This document shows, in pieces, positions 10,034 to 18,963 of a stretch of 42,538 nucleotides of DNA. A program made the position numbers and the translations under genes. This stretch comes from Candidatus Nanopelagicales bacterium. GTDB lineage: Bacteria > Actinomycetota > Actinomycetes > S36-B12. Position 1 is the stretch's first letter; each line of letters begins with the position of its first letter. The stretch covers positions 1 through 42,538 of the forward strand of contig JBIHZU010000001.1 of NCBI GenBank assembly GCA_044240285.1. Reading direction: 5' to 3'. The notes under the pieces are model-generated. The model did no database searches, was not told the DNA's origin, and was given only the letters and a program-made list of their open reading frames with translations.

Positions 10034-11005
10034 GTGTTCCTTCTTGACTGGCTGAAGAATGGTGTCAGCTGGATCCTGCTGCAGTTCCACTCGCTGCTGA
10101 GTACGTTCATGGATCCGGCTGGTGGCTGGACTTGGGTGCTGTCCATCGTGGGTCTTGTGATCGTCATCCGCATCGTTTTGATTCCGCTGTTTGTTAAGCA
10201 GATCAAGGCGCAGCGCAATATGCAGATTATTCAGCCGAAGATTAAAGAGCTGCAGAAGAAGTACGCCGGCGACCGTGAGAAGCAGTCGGCAGAGATGATG
10301 AAGCTCTACCGCGAGACGAAAACGAACCCACTCGCGTCTTGTCTTCCGATCATTTTGCAGGCGCCCATCTTCTTCGCACTCTTCTCAGTTTTGCAGGGCT
10401 TGGCGATGTATCAACCGAACAATCCAGATCATCCCCCGCCCGGTGTATTTGATGCAGAAACCGCTAGTCAGGGCCACTCGGCTTCTATATTTGGCGCTCC
10501 GTTGTATGGCTATTTCATGGGTGCCTACAACACTGAGTTGATCAATGACGGCTTCAGCCCGATGTCCACACGCATTGTGTCGGCAATTTTAATTGTGTTG
10601 ATGACTGCGACTTCGTTCCTGACGCAGCGACAAATGATTTTGAAGAACTCGGCGCCTGGCAATCCGATGGTGCGCCAACAAAAGATTTTGATGTACGTGT
10701 TCCCGCTCGTGTTCGCCGTGGGCGGTATTAACTTCCCCATTGGCGTGCTCATCTACTGGTTTACGACCAACGTGTGGACCATGGGTCAGCAGTTCTACGT
10801 CATCCGTAATAATCCGCAGCCCGATACTCCTGCGGCTGAGGCCCATGAAAAGCGCAAGGCGTTGAAGGCTTCGCGCAAGGCGTTGAAGAACGGCAGTGCG
10901 AGTGCCGCGGTGGTGGAAGGCGAGGTGGTGGAGCCGACGCCCGATGTCCCGGCCCCACGCGTCCAGCCCAAGAAGCAGTCGCGGAGCAAACGCAAGAGTA
11001 AATAG
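10034..11005 (+). CDS. yidC: Membrane protein insertase YidC
   Basis: Multi-TM protein with a basic C-terminal tail (KKQSRSKRKSK) and the motif LIPLFVKQIKAQRNMQIIQPKIKELQKKY. Track ORF starts at 9950 inside yidD. In-frame GTG 10034 has GGAG 7 nt upstream and avoids the overlap. Confidence 0.9.
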   Translation: MFLLDWLKNGVSWILLQFHSLLSTFMDPAGGWTWVLSIVGLVIVIRIVLIPLFVKQIKAQRNMQIIQPKIKELQKKYAGDREKQSAEMMKLYRETKTNPLASCLPIILQAPIFFALFSVLQGLAMYQPNNPDHPPPGVFDAETASQGHSASIFGAPLYGYFMGAYNTELINDGFSPMSTRIVSAILIVLMTATSFLTQRQMILKNSAPGNPMVRQQKILMYVFPLVFAVGGINFPIGVLIYWFTTNVWTMGQQFYVIRNNPQPDTPAAEAHEKRKALKASRKALKNGSASAAVVEGEVVEPTPDVPAPRVQPKKQSRSKRKSK

Positions 11006-11051
11006 ACTTAGTTGTTTGACTAATCCGCGTAAGCGGAACTGAGGAGTGCAT

Positions 11052-11525
11052 ATGAGCGAGAAAATTCTGGAAACTGAAGGCGACATCGCAGCGGATTACC
11101 TCGAGGGGCTGCTCGATATTGCCGATCTTGATGGTGACATTGATATCGACGTGGAGGGCTCGCGCGCGCAGGTCTCGATCGTTGAGGCAAATCCTGGTGA
11201 TCTGAAGTCCCTCGTGGGCAAGGACGGGAAGGTGCTGGAGTCCCTGCAGGAGCTTGCCCGACTCGCAGCAACCAGAGAGACCGGGGAGCGCTCGCGCCTG
11301 ATGCTCGATGTTGCTGGCTTCCGTGCGGAGCGAAAGACCACGTTGACGGCACTCGCGAATGAAGCGATCGAGCGCGTCACGGCCTCAGGGGAGTCAATTT
11401 CGCTTGATCCCATGAATGCTTTCGAGCGCAAGGTGGTCCACGATGCGGTGGCTGCCGCTGGACTCGCGAGTTCGTCTGATGGTGAAGAACCAAAGCGCTA
11501 CGTGGTCGTCTCCCCTGCTTCCTGA
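11052..11525 (+). CDS. jag: Jag/KhpB-type R3H domain RNA-binding protein
   Basis: KH-like segment ([21 protein letters not shown]) and R3H segment ([17 protein letters not shown]). ATG 11052 is preceded by GAGGAG at 11041-11046. Position yidC-jag-rsmG. Confidence 0.88.
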   Translation: MSEKILETEGDIAADYLEGLLDIADLDGDIDIDVEGSRAQVSIVEANPGDLKSLVGKDGKVLESLQELARLAATRETGERSRLMLDVAGFRAERKTTLTALANEAIERVTASGESISLDPMNAFERKVVHDAVAAAGLASSSDGEEPKRYVVVSPAS

Positions 11526-11526
11526 C

Positions 11527-12153
11527 GTGGATCTGCCCGAGTGGTTGGCTCCTTCGCAGTCGGGGCTGACTGCTTATGCAGACTTACTTGCTGGGGCCGG
11601 GGTCGAACGTGGCCTCATTGGACCGCGAGAAGTTCCGCGCCTCTGGGAGCGGCATCTACTCAACTGTGCCGTGGTGGTCGACCCCGAATCTGGTCTGGTC
11701 CCTGAGGGCGCAGCGGTGATTGATGTGGGTTCGGGAGCCGGATTGCCTGGCCTGGTCTGGGCTATCGCTCGCCCGGATCTCGACATCGTGTTGCTGGAGC
11801 CGTTGCTGCGGCGGGCCACTTTCCTCGAGGAAGCCGTATCCATTCTCGGCCTGGAGCGGGTTCGGGTGGTTCGGGGACGGGCTGAGGAAACCAAATTAAC
11901 GGCGGGGATTGTGACCGCCCGCGCGGTGGCGCCCTTGGATCGCTTGCTGGGCTGGGTCGCGCGCTTGGTGGCGCCGGGTGGCGAGGTACTAGCTCTCAAG
12001 GGCTCGAGCGCTGCGGAGGAGATCGCGACGGCACAGGCTGCGGGTATTGCGGGGACGTACGAGCTCATTGAGTGTGGGGTCGGTGTTGTGGACCCGCCCG
12101 CAACTGTGGTGCGGATCCGTGAACTCCGGCGGCCCCGCTCAGCCAAGCGTTGA
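11527..12153 (+). CDS. rsmG: 16S rRNA (guanine527-N7)-methyltransferase RsmG/GidB
   Basis: [24 protein letters not shown] plus SAM motif [13 protein letters not shown]. Track ORF starts at 11416 inside jag. GTG 11527 is the first start after the jag stop, and this start is uncertain. Confidence 0.88.
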   Translation: MDLPEWLAPSQSGLTAYADLLAGAGVERGLIGPREVPRLWERHLLNCAVVVDPESGLVPEGAAVIDVGSGAGLPGLVWAIARPDLDIVLLEPLLRRATFLEEAVSILGLERVRVVRGRAEETKLTAGIVTARAVAPLDRLLGWVARLVAPGGEVLALKGSSAAEEIATAQAAGIAGTYELIECGVGVVDPPATVVRIRELRRPRSAKR

Positions 12154-12258
12154 TCTCGTACGCCACAATTAGGACGTGACTTCTGGCCTCGGCTGGCCGA
12201 CCGCCGCCGCATTCGATCCTGATGGACCGGGACCGCTCGGTGCGCCCGATGGCACGGA

Positions 12259-12274
12259 TGTTTCCCGTGAAACA
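12259..12274. promoter_or_regulatory. parS centromere-like site (copy 1)
   Basis: TGTTTCCCGTGAAACA matches the canonical TGTTNCACGTGAAACA at 15 of 16 positions. It lies about 90 nt upstream of parA. Confidence 0.8.
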
Positions 12275-12294
12275 CCAAAGACCAGCATGGTGCA

Positions 12295-12310
12295 TGTTTC
12301 CCGTGAAACA
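12295..12310. promoter_or_regulatory. parS centromere-like site (copy 2)
   Basis: Identical TGTTTCCCGTGAAACA. The 20-nt string ATGTTTCCCGTGAAACACCA is repeated exactly at 12258-12277 and 12294-12313. Confidence 0.8.
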
Positions 12311-12360
12311 CCATCGGGCAGTCAGACCGCGGGCCTAGGTTGGCCACAGGAGGGTTCCTT

Positions 12361-13158
12361 GTGACTACCGCTCGAATCTTGGCCGTCGCTAATCAGAAGG
12401 GCGGAGTGGGCAAGACCACCTCGGTGGTCAATCTCGCAGTCGCGCTCGCCCAAGGGGGAGCGCAAGTCCTCGTGGTTGATCTGGATCCACAGGGAAATGC
12501 TTCAACGGCCCTCGGCCTCGAGCATCGCGAAGGTACCCCGGGAACCTATGAGATCCTCGTGGAAGGCCGGCCGATCGCTGAGGTCGTTAAGCGGTGCCCC
12601 GAATCAGAAAATCTGTGGGGAGTTCCGGCCACCATTGACTTAGCGGGCGCAGAGATCGAACTCGTCTCTCTCGTTGCCCGAGAAGCTCGACTCCGTCGGG
12701 CCATTGAGGCATATCTGCCGGTTCACGCGGAGAGCCATCGACCCATCGACTTCGTATTGATTGACTGCCCGCCAAGTCTGGGGCTGCTGACGCTCAATGC
12801 TTTGGTGGCTGCTCGGGAGCTATTGCTGCCGATTCAGTGTGAGTACTACGCCCTTGAGGGTGTCTCCCAACTGCTCCGCACGGTTGAATTGGTCCGGACA
12901 CACCTCAACCCCGACCTGCGGGTCGGGGCCGTGCTTTTGACGATGTATGACGGTCGAACTCGCCTCTCTGCCCAAGTCGCTGATGAGGTCCGGGAGCATT
13001 TTGGAGACCTCGTGTTGCCGACCTTGATCCCCAGATCTGTTCGAGTGTCAGAGGCCCCCTCGTATGGGCAGAGTGTGCTCGCCTACGACGGAACCTCATC
13101 GGGTGCGTTGTGCTACCGGCAGGCTGCTGAGGAGCTTGTTGCTGCAGGAGTGAAGTGA
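12361..13158 (+). CDS. parA: Chromosome partitioning ATPase ParA/Soj
   Basis: Deviant Walker A AVANQKGGVGKTTS. AGGAGG at 12348-12353 lies 7 nt before GTG 12361. The track ORF starts at TTG 12340. Confidence 0.93.
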   Translation: MTTARILAVANQKGGVGKTTSVVNLAVALAQGGAQVLVVDLDPQGNASTALGLEHREGTPGTYEILVEGRPIAEVVKRCPESENLWGVPATIDLAGAEIELVSLVAREARLRRAIEAYLPVHAESHRPIDFVLIDCPPSLGLLTLNALVAARELLLPIQCEYYALEGVSQLLRTVELVRTHLNPDLRVGAVLLTMYDGRTRLSAQVADEVREHFGDLVLPTLIPRSVRVSEAPSYGQSVLAYDGTSSGALCYRQAAEELVAAGVK

Positions 13159-13234
13159 TGTTTCCCCAACGTTGTCCACAGTTTTCATGGGGACAATGCG
13201 ATGTTTTCCACACACTGAGCAGGATGGGACTCAA

Positions 13235-14155
13235 GTGGCCAAGGTGAACGAACGACGTGGTCTGGGACGTGGTCTCGGGGCACTCATTGGCGACAACGAA
13301 AACGCTCCAGCCTCTTCGGCGGACGCTCCGACGAACACCATCGCCGGTGAGTTGGCGACATATGCCGAACTCCCCCTGGAGTCGATTGTCCCCAACCCCA
13401 AGCAGCCTCGGCAGGTCTTTGACGAGGAGGCCCTCGCCGAACTCGTGTATTCCATCAAGGAAGTTGGGCTACTCCAGCCGGTAGTCGTTCGCCCCGTGGG
13501 GAAGGGATACGAACTCGTCGCGGGTGAGCGCCGCTGGCGAGCCAGTAAAGAGGCTGGTCTCGATCGAGTCCCCGCAATCATCAGGGCAACTCCCGACGAC
13601 GACTTGCTGCGCGATGCGCTTTTGGAGAATCTCCATCGAGTGCAGCTCAATGCGCTCGAAGAAGCGGCCGCGTACTCGCAGTTGCTTGCTGATTTTGGTG
13701 GCACGCAAGAAGAACTCGCTGCGCGACTGGGTCGGTCCCGTCCTCAGGTGGCCAATACCTTGCGGCTACTGAAGTTGCCGGTAGCCGTGCAGCGTCGAGT
13801 CGCCGCCGGCGTGCTCTCAGCGGGCCATGCGCGCGCTCTGTTGTCCTTGGATGACGTTGAGGCGATGGATCGGCTAGCAGAGCGCGTCGTGGCTGAGGGA
13901 ATCTCGGTGCGTGCCCTCGAGGAAATCATCTTGGTTGGTGAGGGCGACGGACGTCAGCGCCAACGCAAGACACGAGCGCGAGGCACTAAGGATTCGACCA
14001 TGGAAGCAGCAGCAGCTGAATTAGTCATACGACTAGCAGACGTGCTGGAGACCCGCGTACGTATTGAGGCGACCAAGACCAATGCTCGGGGTCGGATTTT
14101 GATCGAATTCGCAGATCTCACCGATCTGCAGCGCATCGTCGATCAGATCGACTGA
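13235..14155 (+). CDS. parB: Chromosome partitioning protein ParB/Spo0J
   Basis: N-terminal RRGLGRGLGALI, ParB box LLQPVVVRPVGKGYELVAGERRWRA and HTH TQEELAARLGRSRPQVANTLRLL. The start is uncertain: candidates are GTG 13235, GTG 13244 and the longest ORF at TTG 13172. Confidence 0.92.
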   Translation: MAKVNERRGLGRGLGALIGDNENAPASSADAPTNTIAGELATYAELPLESIVPNPKQPRQVFDEEALAELVYSIKEVGLLQPVVVRPVGKGYELVAGERRWRASKEAGLDRVPAIIRATPDDDLLRDALLENLHRVQLNALEEAAAYSQLLADFGGTQEELAARLGRSRPQVANTLRLLKLPVAVQRRVAAGVLSAGHARALLSLDDVEAMDRLAERVVAEGISVRALEEIILVGEGDGRQRQRKTRARGTKDSTMEAAAAELVIRLADVLETRVRIEATKTNARGRILIEFADLTDLQRIVDQID

Positions 14156-14157
14156 CT

Positions 14158-15099
14158 TCAGCCGCGAGCGACCGCAGCACGCACGAGATACGCAGTCAAC
14201 TCACCGAGGTCCATCCCTGCATTCATAAGGGCTTGCGGCATTAGCGAGGTTTCCGTCATGCCAGGTGCCGCATTAACTTCTAGGAACATCGCACCCTCAG
14301 GTGTGACGATCGCGTCGGTGCGCGACCAATCACGAAGGCCCAGGCTCGTGTGCACTCGAACAGCAAGATTTGCCAGAGCTTCACTGTGTTCTTGACTGAC
14401 TCGCGCTGGCACAAAAAACTCTGTGCTCCCTGCTGTGTATCGCGCGGAGTAGTCATAAAACCCACTATCTGGAACGATTTCTACCGCCGGTAGAGCACGT
14501 GGGCCATCGGCAGTGTCTACGACAGCAACGGCAACTTCAACACCAGCTACGAAGGATTCGATCATCGCTACATCGCCATATGCAAACGCATTGACCATGG
14601 CGGCAGGCAACTCCGAAGCATCATTAACGATGGTGGTGCCGAGAGCGGATCCACCTCGAGCGGGCTTAACAACTGCCGGAAGGCCAACAGCTGATACCAA
14701 TGCATCTAAAACAGATGCCGCACCAAGTTCGCGAAAGGTTGAGTGAGGAAGCGCAACCGCCCTAGGTGTGGCAATGCCGGCAGCGCGCAAAAGTGCTTTA
14801 GCCACTGGCTTATCGAAGGCAAGCCGACAGGCATCTGGGCCGCTGCCAACATAGGGAATGCCCAGGCCATCAAGGACGTCTCGGACAGCACCGTCCTCTC
14901 CCGCGGCACCGTGCAACATGGGAATCACACAGTCAGGCGCGTCAGTTCGTAACGACTTGAGAAGGTTCGAATCAACATCTCGTTCGATGACATCGATGGA
15001 CGGATCTGCGGCGCGCAATGCGTTTGCGACGCGACGACCGGAGCGGATGGATACATCTCTCTCGGGAGACAGACCGCCTGCGAGTACAACGACGTGCAT
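14158..15099 (-). CDS. ddl: D-alanine--D-alanine ligase (DdlB-type, ATP-grasp)
   Basis: MHVVVLAGGLSPERDVSIRSGRRV..., HGAAGEDGAVRDVLDGLGIPYVGSG, VVKPARGGSALG and FLEVNAAPGMTETSL are colinear with E. coli DdlB from memory. ATG 15099 is preceded by GAGGAG. The track start TTG 15111 is less likely. Confidence 0.9.
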   Translation of the reverse strand: MHVVVLAGGLSPERDVSIRSGRRVANALRAADPSIDVIERDVDSNLLKSLRTDAPDCVIPMLHGAAGEDGAVRDVLDGLGIPYVGSGPDACRLAFDKPVAKALLRAAGIATPRAVALPHSTFRELGAASVLDALVSAVGLPAVVKPARGGSALGTTIVNDASELPAAMVNAFAYGDVAMIESFVAGVEVAVAVVDTADGPRALPAVEIVPDSGFYDYSARYTAGSTEFFVPARVSQEHSEALANLAVRVHTSLGLRDWSRTDAIVTPEGAMFLEVNAAPGMTETSLMPQALMNAGMDLGELTAYLVRAAVARG

Positions 15100-15107
15100 G
15101 TCTCTCC

Positions 15108-16409
15108 TCAACCCAAATCTGGCGCGGGTGTTTGCGGCCCCTGACTGTCATGCAGGGGCATATCGGCCCCAAATGTCTGCATGAGTTGGAGTTCAGATTC
15201 CATCACTGTGCCAAGCCTGCGCACACCCTCGCGAATTCGATCCGGATCGGGGTAGCAATAAGACAGCCGCAACTCATGTTGTCCTTGCCCATCAACATAA
15301 AAACCAGTCCCTGGCACGTAGGCGACTAAAGCGGCGATTGCGCGCGGCAGCATTGCTTTTGAATCAAGGCCCGGTGGCAAAGTCAGCCACGAATAGAAGC
15401 CACCGGCAGGAACAGTCCAGGTCGTGCCCTCGGGCATGTAGGTGGCTAATGCATCGAGCAACGCATCGCGTCGTTCGCGATAGACCTCTTGGAAAACCTT
15501 GATCTGCTGGCGCCACGGTTGAGTGGCGAGATATTCCGACACGGTGAATTGCGTGAGATTGGACGGACACAGAATGGCTGACTCAGACGCGAGCACTAAT
15601 TTCTCGCGTACGCCGTGCGGCGCTAACGCCCAGCCCACACGGATGCCTGATGCGATGGTCTTTGAAAAGGAGCCGAGATAGACGACGCCGTCAGCTTCAT
15701 CAGCACGGATCGCCCGCGGTGGCGGGCCACCATCGAATCCGAGCAGGCCGTACGGGTCGTCTTCAAGAAGGAGAATCCCGGAGCGTTGTGCAATGGCAAG
15801 GATTTCGCTGCGTCGCTGGGGCCCTTGAGTGACTCCGGCGGGATTGTGAAACGAGGGGATTGTGTAGATCAACTTGATCTTGCGTCCCGAGGCACGTACT
15901 GAAGCAATCGTCTCCTCGAGCGCATTAGGTATTAGTCCCTCGCTATCCATCGCCACGTGGATGACGTCGCACTCGTAGGCACGAAACACACCAAGGGCGC
16001 CAACATAGGACGGCGCTTCCACCAAAACCACATCACCGGGATCGCAGAAAATGCGTACGACAATGTCGAGTGCCATCTGTGACCCGGGAGTCACGACCAC
16101 TTCGTCGGGGTGACCGTCGATGCCCACTTCACGCATGACCTCGACGATTTGCTCACGGAGGGTCGGGTCGCCCTGGCCGGAGCCGTACTGCAGCGCTTGG
16201 GGACCACGCTCGCGAATGAGCCGAGCGGACATCTCGGCGATCGCGTCCATGGGGAGTGCTTGCACGAAAGGCATCCCGCCCGCCAGCGATACGACCTCGG
16301 GTCGGGAGGCGACAGAGAACAGGGCGCGAATCTCGGAGGCGGTCATGCCACGAGCACGCGTGGCGTAGCTATCCACCCACGGATCGAGGCGTGAACCCTT
16401 CGAGGTCAT
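15108..16409 (-). CDS. PLP-dependent aminotransferase, class I/II fold (specificity unknown)
   Basis: 433 aa with N-terminal MTASEIRALFSVASRPEVVSLAGGMP and PLP-lysine motif GSFSKTIASGIRVGW. It resembles the 2-aminoadipate/MocR-type aminotransferase domain without an HTH. Confidence 0.85.
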   Translation of the reverse strand: MTSKGSRLDPWVDSYATRARGMTASEIRALFSVASRPEVVSLAGGMPFVQALPMDAIAEMSARLIRERGPQALQYGSGQGDPTLREQIVEVMREVGIDGHPDEVVVTPGSQMALDIVVRIFCDPGDVVLVEAPSYVGALGVFRAYECDVIHVAMDSEGLIPNALEETIASVRASGRKIKLIYTIPSFHNPAGVTQGPQRRSEILAIAQRSGILLLEDDPYGLLGFDGGPPPRAIRADEADGVVYLGSFSKTIASGIRVGWALAPHGVREKLVLASESAILCPSNLTQFTVSEYLATQPWRQQIKVFQEVYRERRDALLDALATYMPEGTTWTVPAGGFYSWLTLPPGLDSKAMLPRAIAALVAYVPGTGFYVDGQGQHELRLSYCYPDPDRIREGVRRLGTVMESELQLMQTFGADMPLHDSQGPQTPAPDLG

Positions 16410-16459
16410 ACGGCATATGCTCTCTTATGCTGCCGTTGAATGAGCGAAGGGGGCATCTG

Positions 16460-16552
16460 ATGAAGATCGTGGCTACGGCTCTTGGACTAGTGGCCATCGG
16501 CGTTCTCGCAGGATTTGTGGCCAAACTCATCTGGCCGTCGCACCGATCTTGA
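16460..16552 (+). CDS. Possible 30-aa single-TM small protein
   Basis: ATG 16460 is preceded by GAAGGGGG with a 6-nt spacer. Product is MKIVATALGLVAIGVLAGFVAKLIWPSHRS, hydrophobic. It lies opposite in orientation to both neighbours. There is no homology evidence. Confidence 0.35.
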   Translation: MKIVATALGLVAIGVLAGFVAKLIWPSHRS

Positions 16553-16556
16553 GGGG

Positions 16557-17639
16557 CTAGCCCGCCGGCGTGTAGAAGACGACGATGGCTTCGGCGATCG
16601 CCTTGGCGAGTGTGTCCCGAAAGATCGGCTGGCTGAGTTTGCTTGCGTCACCGGGGTTAGTCAGGTAGCCCACTTCTAGCGCGACCGCCGGCATCCGCGT
16701 GATGCGCAGCATGTCCCAGGTGCCGGCATTGCAGCGTAGATCGACTAGGTCCGTGTGAGCACAAATTGAGGTTTGGATGCGCTCGGCGGCCACTCGGCCG
16801 GCCATGGAGTGCCGCCCAGTAATTGAGTCTCCAAAGTAAAACGCCGACACTCCGCTCGCGTGCTGCGAAGAGTACGAGTCGACGTGCACTGACACGTATA
16901 GATCGGCATCGAGGTCGTTCGCAAATCTAGCGCGTGCAGAAGGGTCTGCGAAGTTGGCGGGACGAGTATGGACCGAGCGCGTGAGCAACACTTGGGTGCC
17001 AAGGATCGAAAGGCGACCATCGATGCGGGCGACGATGTCATCCACTATGTGGATGCCTTCTTCAGTGAGCCCCTCATGAGCAGGATCAAGTACGACTACT
17101 TTCCCGGCGACTCCGCTGCGAGTTTGCGCCAACTGGTGATGTTCGCGCAAGGTCTCTGCGTTGCCGTCACCTATTCGTCGCATCAATCGAAGCAACGCGG
17201 CGAATGTGTCGGGTCCGCACATGCCATCTGGTCGGGCTCCGACGCCTCTTTGGAACTCCCGAACTGCGGCATCTGTGGCCGGCCCAAAAACACCGTCCAC
17301 CCGCCCGCAGTCAAAGCCCATATGCGACAGCTGTGATTGAAGGTCGCGCACGTCATCGCCAGCAAGGAGGTGTCCGGGTGAATACACCAGTATGCGATCG
17401 CCGATTCGCCAACGAGCCTCTTCAAGCCGTCGGAAAGTCTCTGCTCCGACAATGCCGTCCACTGGAACGCCACGGTCTTGCTGAAAGAGACGTACGGCCT
17501 CGTCAGTCGCGTCATCAAAGACGGCTGAAGTGAGATCCTGGGTGAGGTAGGTGTCAGGCAGCAGGCCAGCGCGGACGAGCCGCAACTGGATATCCGCAAC
17601 GACTGGCCCCGTGTCGCCCCTGCTCACGAGGGCGGTCAT
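16557..17639 (-). CDS. cwlM: CwlM-type N-acetylmuramoyl-L-alanine amidase homologue (two PG-binding repeats plus Amidase_3)
   Basis: Two peptidoglycan-binding repeats (GDTGPVVADIQLRLVRAGLL..., GDDVRDLQSQLSHMGFDCGRVDGVFGPAT) followed by an amidase_3 domain (VVLDPAHEG..., DADLYVSVHVDS). Conserved trxB-trxA-cwlM synteny, as at Rv3913-Rv3915. Confidence 0.88.
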   Translation of the reverse strand: MTALVSRGDTGPVVADIQLRLVRAGLLPDTYLTQDLTSAVFDDATDEAVRLFQQDRGVPVDGIVGAETFRRLEEARWRIGDRILVYSPGHLLAGDDVRDLQSQLSHMGFDCGRVDGVFGPATDAAVREFQRGVGARPDGMCGPDTFAALLRLMRRIGDGNAETLREHHQLAQTRSGVAGKVVVLDPAHEGLTEEGIHIVDDIVARIDGRLSILGTQVLLTRSVHTRPANFADPSARARFANDLDADLYVSVHVDSYSSQHASGVSAFYFGDSITGRHSMAGRVAAERIQTSICAHTDLVDLRCNAGTWDMLRITRMPAVALEVGYLTNPGDASKLSQPIFRDTLAKAIAEAIVVFYTPAG

Positions 17640-17644
17640 GATGG

Positions 17645-17968
17645 TTATAGATACGGCTCTAGGTCACGGAGCAGTGCAGCTTTGGGCTTGGCTCCGACAA
17701 TCGACTTCACGATCTCGCCACCGACGTAGACATTAATGGTCGGGATTGAGCGAATGCCGTAATTGGCCGGTGTGGTCGGGTTTTCGTCCACGTTCATCTT
17801 GGCGATCGTGATCTTGTCACCATATTCTGCGGCGATTTCCTCAAGTACGGGCGCGATCATCTTGCACGGCCCACACCACTCCGCCCAGAAGTCGACGAGC
17901 ACGGGGGTTGCGCTATCGAGAACATCGGCCTGGAAACTTGCATCTGTGACTGGCTTCGTTGCGCCCAT
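17645..17968 (-). CDS. trxA: Thioredoxin
   Basis: 107 aa with VLVDFWAEWCGPCK active site. AAGGAGG lies upstream of the ATG. Confidence 0.95.
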   Translation of the reverse strand: MGATKPVTDASFQADVLDSATPVLVDFWAEWCGPCKMIAPVLEEIAAEYGDKITIAKMNVDENPTTPANYGIRSIPTINVYVGGEIVKSIVGAKPKAALLRDLEPYL

Positions 17969-18000
17969 GGGGGCCTCCTTCTTTCGGTTAAGTCTATGGG

Positions 18001-18933
18001 TTATTCGTGTGCTGCGAGGTAGCGTTCGGCGTCAAGTGCGGCGGCGCAGCCACTGCCAGCAGCGGTGATGGCTTGGCGGTAGGTATGGTCAACGAGATCG
18101 CCACAGGCGAAGACGCCCGGGATATTTGTGCGGCTGCTGCGATCCTGCACATTCACGTAGCCCTCATGATCTAGATCGATTTGGCCCTTGACCAGTTCTG
18201 ATCGGGGATCGTGGCCAATCGCGATAAATAGTCCGGTGACGGGCAGGTCTCGAGTCGAACCGTCTACGGTGTCGCGCAAGGTGATACCCGTGACCTTCGT
18301 GTCGCCAAGCACGTCAGCGACCTCACTGTTCCAGGCGAACTTGATCTTGTCGTTGGCGAGCGCGCGGTCCTGCATGATGCGACTTCCGCGAAGTGTGTCA
18401 CGACGGTGGATCATCGTGACGGATCGCGCGAATCGCGTGAGAAAAGTTGCTTCTTCGAGGGCCGAGTCACCACCGCCGACGACGGCGATGTCTTGCTCGC
18501 GGAAGAAAAAACCATCACAGGTGGCACACCACGAAACACCGTGTCCGGATAGCCGCTTCTCGTTGGGAAGATTTAGTTCGCGGTAGCCGGAGCCCATCGC
18601 GAGAATGACCGAGTGGGCGCTATAGGAGCGGTCGGACCCATCTTTGACCGTCTTGATTTCTCCAGCCAGATCGACGGAGACGACATCGTCAGTGATGATT
18701 TCCGTACCGAAGCGTTCGGCCTGTGCGCGCATGTTTTCCATCAGCACAGGGCCCATGACCCCATCGGTGAATCCGGGGAAGTTCTCGACTTCGGTTGTGT
18801 TCATCAGCGCGCCACCTGCGGTCACGGCACCCTCGAAGAGGAGAGGCTGCAACTGAGCCCGAGCTGCATAAACCGCCGCGGTATATCCGGCCGGCCCGGA
18901 TCCGATGATGATGACGTTTCGGGTGTCGCTCAC
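18001..18933 (-). CDS. trxB: Thioredoxin-disulfide reductase
   Basis: 310 aa with FAD motif [13 protein letters not shown], redox centre WCATCDG and NADPH motif [12 protein letters not shown]. Confidence 0.95.
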   Translation of the reverse strand: MSDTRNVIIIGSGPAGYTAAVYAARAQLQPLLFEGAVTAGGALMNTTEVENFPGFTDGVMGPVLMENMRAQAERFGTEIITDDVVSVDLAGEIKTVKDGSDRSYSAHSVILAMGSGYRELNLPNEKRLSGHGVSWCATCDGFFFREQDIAVVGGGDSALEEATFLTRFARSVTMIHRRDTLRGSRIMQDRALANDKIKFAWNSEVADVLGDTKVTGITLRDTVDGSTRDLPVTGLFIAIGHDPRSELVKGQIDLDHEGYVNVQDRSSRTNIPGVFACGDLVDHTYRQAITAAGSGCAAALDAERYLAAHE

Positions 18934-18963
18934 AAGAACTCTCCTAGGTGGTGTGTACCCATC

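Noticed and set aside
11574-12347. 257-aa minus-strand ORF spanning rsmG and the parS region.
   Set aside because: It is antisense to rsmG, which has a clear SAM-methyltransferase motif. Its composition is Arg/Ser/Pro-rich and no motif is recognised.
12176-12364. 62-aa ORF in the rsmG-parA spacer with a repeated VSRETP motif.
   Set aside because: The VSRET repeats are simply the translation of the two parS sites (GTT TCC CGT GAA ACA). The ORF is out of frame with parA and ends inside the parA start region, so it is better explained as non-coding centromere/promoter DNA.
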